From positions 1 to 20,431 of the forward strand of contig NW_021823951.1 in the NCBI RefSeq assembly GCF_006345805.1: 20,431 bases of DNA, read 5' to 3'. The stretch comes from Octopus sinensis. Its lineage: Eukaryota. The translations under genes and the position numbers were made by a program. Under the pieces are notes generated by a model, which was not told the DNA's origin, did no database searches, and worked only from the letters and a program-made list of their open reading frames with translations. Shown piece by piece: positions 10,287 through 20,160 of the stretch (positions within the stretch are counted from its first letter, which is position 1; the number at the start of each line of letters is the position of its first letter).

Positions 10287-10740
10287 TTGTCTCTTCTTGT
10301 CTTGAGACAGCATTCACCCAGGGTGGGTTGAGCTGGCTTCATTCATCCTCAATGCTGCATCTCTCACAAACGTCGACCAGACCTGGCGAATTGAGGCTAA
10401 TGACCGCGTGATCTCCAGCCACTCCTTATTCCACCGGCGAACGCCGGTGGAATGTTGGGTTCCAGATCAACCTTGACTCTCATCAGCCAGGTCTTTCGTT
10501 GTCCACCACATCGTTTTCGCCAACCCTGAATGGGAGCTGGGGCAATTGCTTCGTAGATGAATTCTCCTGGTTGACGACGGAGGGCATGACCCAGCCAACG
10601 CAGACGTCTCGTTAGGATGACTTGTCGGAGGGAGGTGATTTTGCACTGGTGTCGCACCGAATTGTTGTGAAGGAGAGGAGATATATTATCCTTAAATCAG
10701 AGACCCGGCTTTAATGCTTGAAAACTCTGCTGTAGGAAAT
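10287..10740 (-). mobile_element. RTE-clade LINE, 5'-truncated 3' fragment
   Basis: RRLRWLGHALRR...GWRKRCGGQRKTW...DLEP, then after a frameshift RRWNKEWLEITRSLASIRQVWSTFVRDAALRMNEASSTHPG* (stop at 10316-10314), a short UTR and a CAAGA-type tandem tail. The left boundary is clear; the right is approximate. Confidence 0.8.
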
Positions 10741-10789
10741 CAAAGTTCCAAGTTGTGGTGTTAACTAGGGTGACAGTTTAAGTCTACCA

Positions 10790-11035
10790 AGTAGGTAGAC
10801 CCTCACGAGATTTGAACTAAGGATAGAAACATCCAGAAAAATGACCGCAAGGGATTCATTCGATGATTTTACACTTTTATTCTTAGAAATCAACCGTCCA
10901 TGACTTGTCTTATTATTTTATGAACTTCGAATGGATGAACGTCAAAGATTAATTTAATGTTATTTGAACCCAGAATGGCAAAAAATATAGTGAGGAATTA
11001 TATCCGACGCTCAAACGAATTTGGAAATCTGCCAA
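10790..11035 (-). mobile_element. Highly decayed SINE family A remnants
   Basis: Faint GATTTGAACT and ATTTGAACCCAGAA B-box complements and a GGATGAA core trace. Confidence 0.35.
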
Positions 11036-11102
11036 CAGCATGTAAGAAATAATAAGTGAACGATAAATAGGAGAGAAGTTTGTATTCTTAAAAAACTATG
11101 AG

Positions 11103-11282
11103 CAGGAGTTAAGTCGATTATATAGAATCCTAGTGATCAACTGGTACTTAATTCATCGACCTCAGAAGAATAAAAATGCAAAGTCGACCTTGCTGGAATT
11201 TGAACACAGAACGTACAGACGGACAAAATGCCACTAAATATTTTTCCTGGGGCGTTAACGATTCTGCGAGATTGCCGCATTA
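11103..11282 (-). mobile_element. SINE family A
   Basis: Reverse strand: AATGCGGCAATCTCGCAGAATCG head, GTGTTCAAATTCC B box, GGTCGACTTTGCATT core. Confidence 0.8.
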
Positions 11283-11293
11283 GAGGGCATTCA

Positions 11294-11478
11294 AAGGCGG
11301 CGAGCTCGCAGAATTTCGTCCGTCTGAACGTTCTGAGTCCAAATTAAACCGAGGTCGAGTGTGCCTTTGATTCTTTCGGGGTTGATAAAATAAATACCAG
11401 TGAAACACTGGGGTTATTGCAATCGATTTGTCTCTCCCTCCAGAATTTCAGGCCTTCTTCCAATAACAGAAAGGATTA
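11294..11478 (+). mobile_element. SINE family A with head deletion and type-2-like tail
   Basis: AAGGCGGCGAGCTCGCAGAA head, GAGGTCGAGTGTGCCTTTGATTCTTTCGGGGTTGATAAAA core. Confidence 0.8.
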
Positions 11479-11496
11479 GAGTGCGTTTACGAGATC

Positions 11497-11922
11497 TATT
11501 TCTTTTATTTCTTTATTGCCCACAGGAAGCTAAACACAGAGAGGACAAACAAGGGCAGACAAACGGATTAAGTCGATTACATCGACCCAAGTGATTTACT
11601 GGTACTTATTTAATCGACCCCGAAAGGATGAAAGGCACAGTCGACCTCGGTGGAATTTGATCTCAGAATGTAACGGCAGACGAAATATATATTTCTTTAC
11701 TCCCCACAAGAGGCTAAACACAGAGGGGACAAGCAAGAACAGACAGACGGGTTAAGTCGATTACATCGACCCCAGTACGCAGCTGGTACTTATTTAATCG
11801 CCCCCGAAATGATGAAAGGCAAAGTCGACCTCGGCGGAATTTGAACTCAGAACGTAGCGACAGACGAAATACCGCTAGGAACTTCGCCCGGCGTGCTAAC
11901 GTTTCTGCCAGCTCACCGCCTT
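11497..11922 (-). mobile_element. SINE family A dimer (junction about 11688)
   Basis: Two B-box/core/type-1-tail units in tandem; the full head is at 11870-11922. Confidence 0.9.
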
Positions 11923-12434
11923 TGTGGGTTTACGATATTAATGATCAATTAACAAAAGTGAAATGCTTGCGATTAAGAAACGAAACCGAGACCCAAAGTC
12001 GACACCCAATCGTAGTTCTATGCATACGACAGATATGAATAGATGTCATATTCCAGATAATAAATATATAACAATTCAATGTATTTGTTACATAGAAAAC
12101 GCAGGAATAGGTCCAGTGTTCAGAGAGAACAATAACGTATCTTTTATAGGAGTATAGAGCTGCACTTCATAAATGCTGCCAATATAATATACCATTTATA
12201 AATTCTTACACTCGAAGATATGCAGAACATAACCATTCATTGCTTCTGCCAGAGATATCGAAATAAATTTGGTTTGATTTCTAACAATAATTCTAATCAC
12301 CGCTTAGATGTCTTATAGCATATTTTATTAATACACAATGAGATGTATTTAGGATTTATCTGCTTACATTTTAATGAAATATATATTTTTTTTCTTTTTC
12401 CTGTATTTTAAAATTAATACTATCGTATTTTAAT

Positions 12435-12457
12435 TATACACACACATATAAATATTA

Positions 12458-12506
<49 letters not shown>

Positions 12507-12519
12507 TATATATATATAT

Positions 12520-12561
<42 letters not shown>

Positions 12562-12793
12562 TATATATATATTGGTTAATAAGTCTTATCTTAATGTATA
12601 AAACTTAAAGCTTATCTCTAACCGTTGCGTTGAAATATATGTATGAGTGTAGGTATATATATATATTATATATATATATATATATATACGCTCAAGAAAT
12701 TCCTATTAATATACACAATACGATTCAGAATAGTTTTCTGAGAACATTCTCCAGCAAAACACACGCACGCGCGCACACACACACAAACACACG

Positions 12794-12840
<47 letters not shown>

Positions 12841-12927
12841 GTTCAAAATGACAGACGCATAGCTGATTTACTCTCACGGCCTTTGTCTCTCTCTATATAC
12901 TTGTAAATATACACATGTATTTATAAG

Positions 12928-13019
<92 letters not shown>

Positions 13020-13110
13020 TATATATTTATTTAAATATATCTGTATATACATATATGTATGTGTGCCTGAGTGTGTGCATGTATATATATTTATGTATAT
13101 ATATATATTA
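12435..13110. repeat. (TA)n and (CA)n microsatellite zone
   Basis: Seen directly. Confidence 0.9.
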
Positions 13111-13569
13111 TGACAGCACTCTTTTGATATCAATAAATAGCTAATGACAAATAACGTTTAATTTTAAAAGCACCTCACTTCTCTTAAACTATGGCTCAAC
13201 CCCAAACACGGCATTTGTCACCATTCTGCTTTTTTTTTCTCTCTCTCTCTCTCTCTTTTCTAACCGTTACAATCATTAAAATATAAGGCATAAAATCTAA
13301 AAATATTCCGAATGATAACACCGTGATTGTTTGTTCCAAATGTTTGATGGTATTGTATTCGAACCGTCGTAGGAATCATTCTATAGTAGTTATTCTTTAT
13401 CTCTTCATTTGACTCCCTCTGTCTGTCTGTCTGTCGGTCAATCTGTCTGTCTATCTGTTTCTCTCTCTCTTTCTCTCTGTCCTTCATTTATTTATTTCCA
13501 CTTAACGTGAAAAAATGAAGATATATGTTTGTTTTCTTAGTGTTTATGTATGTATTTGAGTGAATAAGT

Positions 13570-13658
13570 TGTGTATAGATATATAAATGTATATATATAT
13601 ACAAACATGGTTATATATATGATATATATATATATATATATATATACTTATATATACC

Positions 13659-13691
<33 letters not shown>

Positions 13692-13710
13692 GTACATATA
13701 TATACCTATC

Positions 13711-13792
<82 letters not shown>

Positions 13793-14100
13793 CATATATA
13801 GGATATTAAATATGTGTTTGAATGTATATACATTATTATATTTCCAAAATATCTATGATACATATACATACAACCACTCACACTCACATGTATACACATA
13901 CACGCGCACATGCACACAAATATATATATATATATGGATATACATTATGTATGCACATATGTATACAATGTTCACGTGAATTCGAGTTTATATGTGTGTT
14001 TATGCGTGTGCGTGCGTGCATGTGTGTGTGTACGCGTGTGTATGAGTGTTTGTGTGTATGTGTGTATGTGTGTGTGTTTGTGAGAGAGAGAGAGAGAGAG
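13570..14100. repeat. (TA)n/(CA)n/(TG)n/(GA)n microsatellite zone
   Basis: Seen directly. Confidence 0.9.
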
Positions 14101-14162
14101 ATTTCGTATGCGGGAATGTGAGGGTACAGACGCAGGCATGACAATAGATTTATGGTTCTACG

Positions 14163-14552
14163 AAGGCGGCGAGTTGGCAGAAAAGTTAGCACGTCGGGCG
14201 AAATGCTTAGCGGTGTTTCGATTGCCGTTACGTTCGAGTTCAAATTCCGCCGAGGTCGACTTTGCCTTTTATCCTTTCAGGGTTGATAAATTAAGTACGC
14301 ACTGGGGTCGATCTGTCCTTGTATGTTTACTTCCTTCTGGGCAATAAAGAAATAAGAAATTTTAGCACGCCGGGCAAAATTCTTAGAGGTATTTCGTCTG
14401 TCTTTACGTTCTCAGTGCAAATTCCGCCGAGGTCGACTTCGCCTTTCATCCTTTCGAGATAATAAAGTGCCAGTTGAGTACTGGGATCGATCCAATCGAC
14501 TGGCCCCCTCTCCCCAAAATTTGGTCCTCTAACCTAGAGTACAAAGGGATAA
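14163..14552 (+). mobile_element. SINE family A dimer (junction about 14358)
   Basis: Full head unit with a shortened type-1 tail, then a second unit starting TTAGCACGCCGGGCAAAA with a type-2 tail. Confidence 0.88.
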
Positions 14553-14564
14553 CGTCTAAAGAAA

Positions 14565-14607
14565 GTCACTTACGCAACTGTCACTTACTAACTGTCACTT
14601 ACTAAGT
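14565..14607. repeat. Three-copy 14-15-bp minisatellite GTCACTTAC(GC/T)AACT
   Basis: Units at 14565-14579, 14580-14593 and 14594-14607. Confidence 0.85.
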
Positions 14608-15543
14608 GCCTTGTATAAAATTAATACCAGAAACTGTATGGCAACCCGATCCATCTCACAATCTGTTTATCGGACTAACTCTGCCTCACCCCCACTCTCT
14701 CTCTGTTTCCCTCTCTGGTGTGTGTATGTGTATCTCCAATTTTGCGTGTTTGTATACAAGCATACACGCATGTAGTGTATGGAATTAGAAGGAATATATA
14801 TATATATAATATATATTGTTACAAATACAAAGGTCTGAACACAGTGGAGTGTAGAATGTATACAAATGCTTGTGTGTATATATATATATATGGGGAAAGA
14901 AGGGGAAATTTCCTTGTTTTGTATGTCTTGTACTCTATTTTTTATTGGTGTCCTGTACCCATATATGCATGTATATATACATATAGATGTAGGTACGTAC
15001 ATATATGTATGTATATATGCATATGTTTTATTTATTAATTTGTTATATATATATATATATATATATACGCACATAAGAATTTTTTGCGTAATAAGATAAA
15101 AAAACCAAGGTTGTATAGATATTAGAACATTTATAGATAGGTCTCACAACTTCTAGGATATTTATTAATAATATCCCTTCATCGGAGACGGTGTAAGAGG
15201 AAAGTAAGGTCATAGTTAGTTTAGATTTGATACAAAATAGAGGTGGAAGAAAGAAAATAGATGCAAGATATGTATGGGTATTAAAGTTGTAAATCCATTT
15301 TACAACTTCAATGGATTTATAATTAAACATCTAATTCACTGGTACATCAGTTGAATACCATATAAATATTGGTATAATGGAATTATAAAGATAATTTAAA
15401 TAGAGAGATACTATTGACAATCCAATAAATTATTTATATTATAATATTACATGATATATTGTGAATATAATGACATAACAATATTATATAACATAAACAA
15501 TAATAGATAGATAGATAGATACACACAAACGCATACAGATATA

Positions 15544-15682
15544 TACCGTATTTTAACGTACGTAAGGAACCCTTTTGGGGTTAAAAAATATGAGAGCTTT
15601 TGTATACATGGATAGTACAATAATCCCTGAGATAACCTTTTTTTCCAAATTTTAAGCCCCCAAAATTAGAGGGTTCCTTATA
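15544..15682 (+). mobile_element. Tc2/pogo-like non-autonomous DNA transposon relic
   Basis: TA-CCGTATTTT start; internal inverted pair TAAGGAACCCT (15563-15573) and AGGGTTCCTTA (15670-15680). Confidence 0.45.
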
Positions 15683-15744
15683 GACAAACACACACACTCA
15701 CTCGCACTCACACACACATACACACTAACATATATCAATACATG

Positions 15745-15914
15745 CACAAGGGAGGTACTGAAAAGTTTCTAGCATTCCAGTTAAAAGGAACTATAGCAAG
15801 ATCAGTTAATTAGGATTTTATTATCCGTCCTTACAAGTCCTTGTAAAAGCGGTCAGAATGATGGCATTTCAACAGACCTTTCGCGATAACCTTAACGCCA
15901 AGAACATTTCGGTA
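15745..15914 (+). mobile_element. Decayed mariner-derived MITE
   Basis: Left end CAAGGGAGGTACTGAAAAGTTTCTAGC; degenerate inverted counterpart GCCAAGAACATTTCGGTA at about 15897-15914. Confidence 0.45.
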
Positions 15915-16000
15915 GATGTATATGTATGTATATGTATGTATGAATGTATGTATCTATATATCTGTCTATCTATCTATATTTGTATATATATATATATATA

Positions 16001-16064
16001 CAATTGTTCGTTGTTTTTTTCCACCTGCCTTCGTCTTTTGTTTATTTTCATAAAGCTTCCCGGT
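16001..16064 (+). mobile_element. Short second copy of the 9421-9483 terminal fragment, opposite orientation
   Basis: CAATTGTT...CCACCTGCCTTCGTCTTTTGTTTATTTTCATAAAGCTTCCCG matches the reverse complement of 9421-9483 with few differences; TA tracts on both sides. Confidence 0.85.
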
Positions 16065-16094
16065 ATATATATATATTATATATATATATATATA

Positions 16095-16238
16095 TATATT
16101 ATATTAAATTAGAGACAATTTTTAATAATTTTGTTATATATTTAAATAATATAAATTAAATAATCTTATGTATTGGCTTAAGTTTTTCATTGTTTGATTT
16201 GCCTAATAGTGGTTTTGTCTCTAATTTAATATAATATA
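16095..16238. repeat. 24-bp perfect inverted repeat flanking an AT-rich 96-bp core
   Basis: TATATTATATTAAATTAGAGACAA (16095-16118) pairs with TTGTCTCTAATTTAATATAATATA (16215-16238). Confidence 0.85.
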
Positions 16239-16322
16239 ATATAATATAATATTTTACTATAAAATTGGATTCAATCCTAAATCTGATTTTTCCCTGTAAG
16301 TTTGGATTTATTCCCTAATATT

Positions 16323-16352
<30 letters not shown>

Positions 16353-16353
<1 letters not shown>

Positions 16354-16461
16354 CCGGTGAAACAAGGTGGATAAAGAGTACTCAAATACCAGTGGTAGAG
16401 TAATATGCTTTATTTAAAGCAGCAGAAAATTCAACAAAACCTGTTACTCTGAGTTTCCCGT

Positions 16462-16462
<1 letters not shown>
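16353..16462 (-). mobile_element. TA-flanked fragment, possibly another Penelope-like terminus
   Basis: A non-repetitive 110-bp island between (TA)n and TA/(TG)n; the minus strand carries GAAAC-TCAGA-GTA-ACAGG, resembling a hammerhead 3' half. Confidence 0.35.
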
Positions 16463-16508
<46 letters not shown>

Positions 16509-16530
16509 TGTGTGTGGTGTGTGTGTGTGT
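16463..16530. repeat. (TG)n microsatellite
   Basis: Seen directly. Confidence 0.95.
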
Positions 16531-17169
16531 ATGTATGTGCTTGTGTGTTCACGTACATTAGATAGGTGTTAAGAAATCCTAAGTAACCTCTGATACGTGT
16601 GTTGAATTTACGCGAAGGTCGTATGTGGTGCGCACATGAATGTTTCCATGCGTTAATTCAGTAAAATACATCCATCAGACATTTTCTGTCTGTATGAGTG
16701 TGTGTGTGAGCGTCTGTGTGTATATGCGTGTGTCTGTGTCCGTGAGTGTGCGTGTGTGTTTGTCTGTGTGTGTGTTTCTATGACTGTACTGTACTGGACT
16801 CGATTTGTGGTTCTTTGCATGTCTTTCATTGTACACATATAATGGATTTACCAAACAGGATACACACTTGAATGAGAAAGATTACAAAAGTATGCATTAC
16901 ATATTATTAACGGATTGAAAGAACGAACCTCAGTCGACAAGTAATAAATGATTTCATTGAGACAATACTGGGTTTTATAATTAATGTGTAAAAGTCTGCA
17001 TCAGTTATGAAAAATCTTAGATTGTAACTAAAAGAAATACGTGTTGTACTATCTCGATGTCTAGAATTTCGGCGCGATTAAAAAGTTGTGTGGATGTCAA
17101 ATGCAAATATTAGCGAATAGATTTTAAGGATAATATTTGATGATTTTGACATTTAGAATCCAATTACAT

Positions 17170-17583
17170 ACTTCTTCTTCTTATTTTTTCTTTCTTATTC
17201 TTATTATTCTTCTTTTCTTATTCTTTTTATTCTTTCTTTTCTTATCTTATTCTTCTTCTTATCTTATTTTCTTCTTTTCTTTACTTCTTTTCTTCTTTTA
17301 TTCTTATTTTCTTCTTTTCTTCTTCTTTTTCTATTCTTCTTCTTCTTCTTTCTTATTATGTCTTCTATTCTTTTATCTCTTCTTTTTTATTCTCTTCTAT
17401 TTTTCTTCTTCTTCTGCTTTTTCTTCTTCTGCTTCTTCTTCTGCTTCTTCTTCTTCTTCTTCTTCTCTTCTTCTTCTTTTCTTCTTATTCTTCTTCTTCT
17501 TCTTTTCTTTTCTTATGATTATTATTCTTATTATTATCTTATTTTGTTGTTGTTGTTGTTACTACTACTACTACTTACTACTA

Positions 17584-17628
<45 letters not shown>

Positions 17629-17652
17629 CACTACTACTATTATTATTATTAT
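17170..17652. repeat. Compound (TTC)n-(TTG)n-(TAC)n-(CAC)n-(TAT)n microsatellite
   Basis: Seen directly. Confidence 0.95.
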
Positions 17653-18032
17653 CATCCAGTAGCTTTATTCACTTCACTGCCAAGCGCAGCAGTTTGTGCC
17701 TTGGGTTTGTGCTGTGGTTTGCTGTGATTTGTTGTGATGCTCTGATGGTTACTGTATTGAAAGTATTCTGCGTAGGATGCGTGCAGTGCCTAGTAGTGCA
17801 ATTTTCTGAACGTTATATATATTTGTAAGTCCTGGTGTTTTTGTTATGTTTTTGTCTGAATACTTTTTTTTATCATACCTAATGCACCCACTATGATAGG
17901 AATTGTTTCTGTTTTTAGATTCCACATTCGAGTTACCTCTATTTCCAGGTCTTTGTATTTTGAAAGTTTCTCTATTTCTTTTAGAGAAACGTTGTCATCT
18001 GCTGGTATTCTTACATCAATTACAAAGCATTC
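17653..18032 (-). mobile_element. R4/Dong-like RLE non-LTR retrotransposon, 3' fragment (absent from ORF track)
   Basis: Manual translation: ECFVIDVRIPADDNVSLKEIEKLSKYKDLEIEVTRMWNLKTETIPIIVGALGMIKK / YSDKNITKTPGLTNIYNVQKIALLGTARILRRILSIQ* (stop at 17751-17749). Frameshift in the A8 run at 17864-17871, a ~95-bp 3' UTR, then (TAA)n on the element strand. Confidence 0.88.
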
Positions 18033-18056
18033 TTCTTCTTCTTCTTCTTCTTCTTC

Positions 18057-18104
<48 letters not shown>

Positions 18105-18108
18105 TATT
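18030..18108. repeat. (TTC)n(TAT)n microsatellite
   Basis: Seen directly. Confidence 0.95.
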
Positions 18109-18109
18109 A

Positions 18110-18240
18110 TGGCAGTGAAGTACCAAACTCGTTAGTGCATTGTGTGAAGTGTTTTGCAGTGTTTCCCATGATGATACCTTGTGATTTAAATCCTTCCAGG
18201 GTCGATAAAATAAACTACCACTCAACTAACTGGAGACTAT
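18110..18240 (+). mobile_element. Very decayed SINE family A remnant
   Basis: ATCCTTCCAGGGTCGATAAAATAAACTACCA core trace. Confidence 0.45.
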
Positions 18241-18295
18241 GGCACCGACTACGTTCAGACCCCACACGAATTGCAAGCTTGCTCGCTGAATCAGG

Positions 18296-18376
18296 AACAA
18301 CAGCAACAACAACAACTAAAAAATCAACAACAGCAACAGCAACATCAACAACAACAACAACAACAACAACAATAAT

Positions 18377-18436
<60 letters not shown>
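18296..18436. repeat. (CAA)n(TAA)n microsatellite
   Basis: Seen directly. Confidence 0.95.
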
Positions 18437-18439
<3 letters not shown>

Positions 18440-19077
18440 GTGATAAGTGCAGTATCTGTGGACAAAACGGTGAAACCGATTGGCATATTACTAGCCCAGA
18501 AGGAATATAAGAGACGCCACGACAATATAGCCAGGCTTCTCCATTGGAAGCTTTGCAACAAGTATGGACTTGACAAAGCAAAAAATTGGTACGACCACAT
18601 ACCTGAAGGCATCGACGGAAATAGAAATGCAAAGATCCTATGTGATTTTATGATTCAGTGCGACCATGAGATAGAGAATAGGAAACTGGACATATTCTTA
18701 ATAGAGAAAGAAAATAAACTATGCTGGATCATAGATATAGCATGCGCAGTTGATAACAAGGTATGCGATGAGGAAGAAAGAAGAGTCGAGAGATATGACA
18801 GGTTAGCTTGGGAAGTAAAGCAGTTGTGGTCGATGAAAAAGGTAGCAGTAGTAGCAATAATTGTCGGAGCCCTGGGAACAGTGAGCAAAAATTTCGAGAA
18901 GTACGTAGAACAAATACGGGCTGCAATAAGGGTGAAACACTTGCAGAAAACAGCACTGCTTGGAACCGCTGGAATACTCCGGAAGGTGCTCGAAAAATAA
19001 GGGGTGTTAGCTTAGTTCACTGGTAGTGAACAGTTGACACCGTAGTACATCTCCAGCGTTAGAAGCTGAGCAAAGGC
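18437..19077 (+). mobile_element. R4/Dong-like RLE non-LTR retrotransposon, 5'-truncated 3' fragment
   Basis: Zinc knuckle DKCSICGQNGETDWHI (18442-18489), frameshift, then LAQKEYKRRHD...HW.LC..Y, RKLDIFLIEK...IIDIAC (PD-(D/E)xK-like), IIVGALG, QKTALLGTAGILRKVLEK* (stop at 18998-19000). Bounded by (TAA)n on both sides. Confidence 0.9.
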
Positions 19078-19096
19078 AATGATGATGATAATGATA

Positions 19097-19143
<47 letters not shown>
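19078..19143. repeat. (GAT)n/(TAA)n tail or target tract
   Basis: Seen directly. Confidence 0.93.
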
Positions 19144-19144
<1 letters not shown>

Positions 19145-20160
19145 GAGAGAGGCGGCGGACGTGACAGAGGATGGACGTATTTTTACGATGCTCTGAACTG
19201 GAAACAGCGAACCCAGCAGGTCAAACTGTAGAAACTGGAAGATCTACTGTTTCTGTAAGTAATTGAATTACCCTCAAAATAAGTAAAAAAAAAACTTACA
19301 TATCTACAGCTCATACAAACGTACACCTAACAAGAAAAATTAGAAACATAAATATCTCCAATTCTGTGTGAACATTTACATTTAGTCGTCTCTCATGACT
19401 ATAAGAATGTGTAAAATTGCCTTTTAAATTACCTTTTATTGTAACAACACAATTAAATGCACGATAAAAAGTTATGGAATTAAGCACTACTACTATATAC
19501 ATACAACTGAATTCAGAAATTTAAAAATATATACATAACATTGAACTCAGAAAGTTATTAAAAAAAATAAAAAATAAAAATCTTCGACGAAAACATCAGA
19601 TAATATTGTGAGTGAATATACATTATATAATAATACATATGCATGTGGTGAAGAAGAAAAGAGAACGGGGAAAAAAAAAAATAAATAAATAAAAATAAAC
19701 GTAAGGTTTGACCTTTTACTGACCATTAACGTTCTTTGTCTCCACCATCTACCGTGGCTATTTATAGACCAAAGAACATGAATTCTTAACCACCCATTCT
19801 CCAACACAATGGAGTGTGATGGTGGATGTGGCTACACATTGAAGATGATGATGGTGATGGGATGTTGCTGATGATTGTGATGGTGGGTGAAGATGATAGT
19901 AATAACAATAATAAACTGACAGATTCCGTCTTTTTCCCTTTCTTTTCGTTCCTTCCCGTATTTTATCTCATTATTTCGAACTAATACAGACACAGTAAGC
20001 CTTGAAGAAAGGAAGAGGAGGAAAGGAGGAAAAAAAAAATGTCCGGAGATAAAACAATCAACAAAAAAATACAGACGCAATAGATCTGCTAGTCTAAGAA
20101 GCGGCGCTATGAGCAATGCTTACATGTAGTGAACCCTAAACTGACAGATCCATCTCCTAA

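Noticed and set aside
14565-14607. CRISPR-like array
   Set aside because: Contiguous tandem units without spacers, in a eukaryotic context.
17137-17828. Long Phe/Leu/Ser/Tyr ORFs resembling membrane proteins
   Set aside because: Derived from the compound trinucleotide repeat.
19912-20149. 13-bp direct repeat TAAACTGACAGAT (19912-19924, 20137-20149) as a TSD
   Set aside because: The enclosed 212 bp shows no element hallmarks; it may be internal to the putative retrotransposon 5' region or chance.
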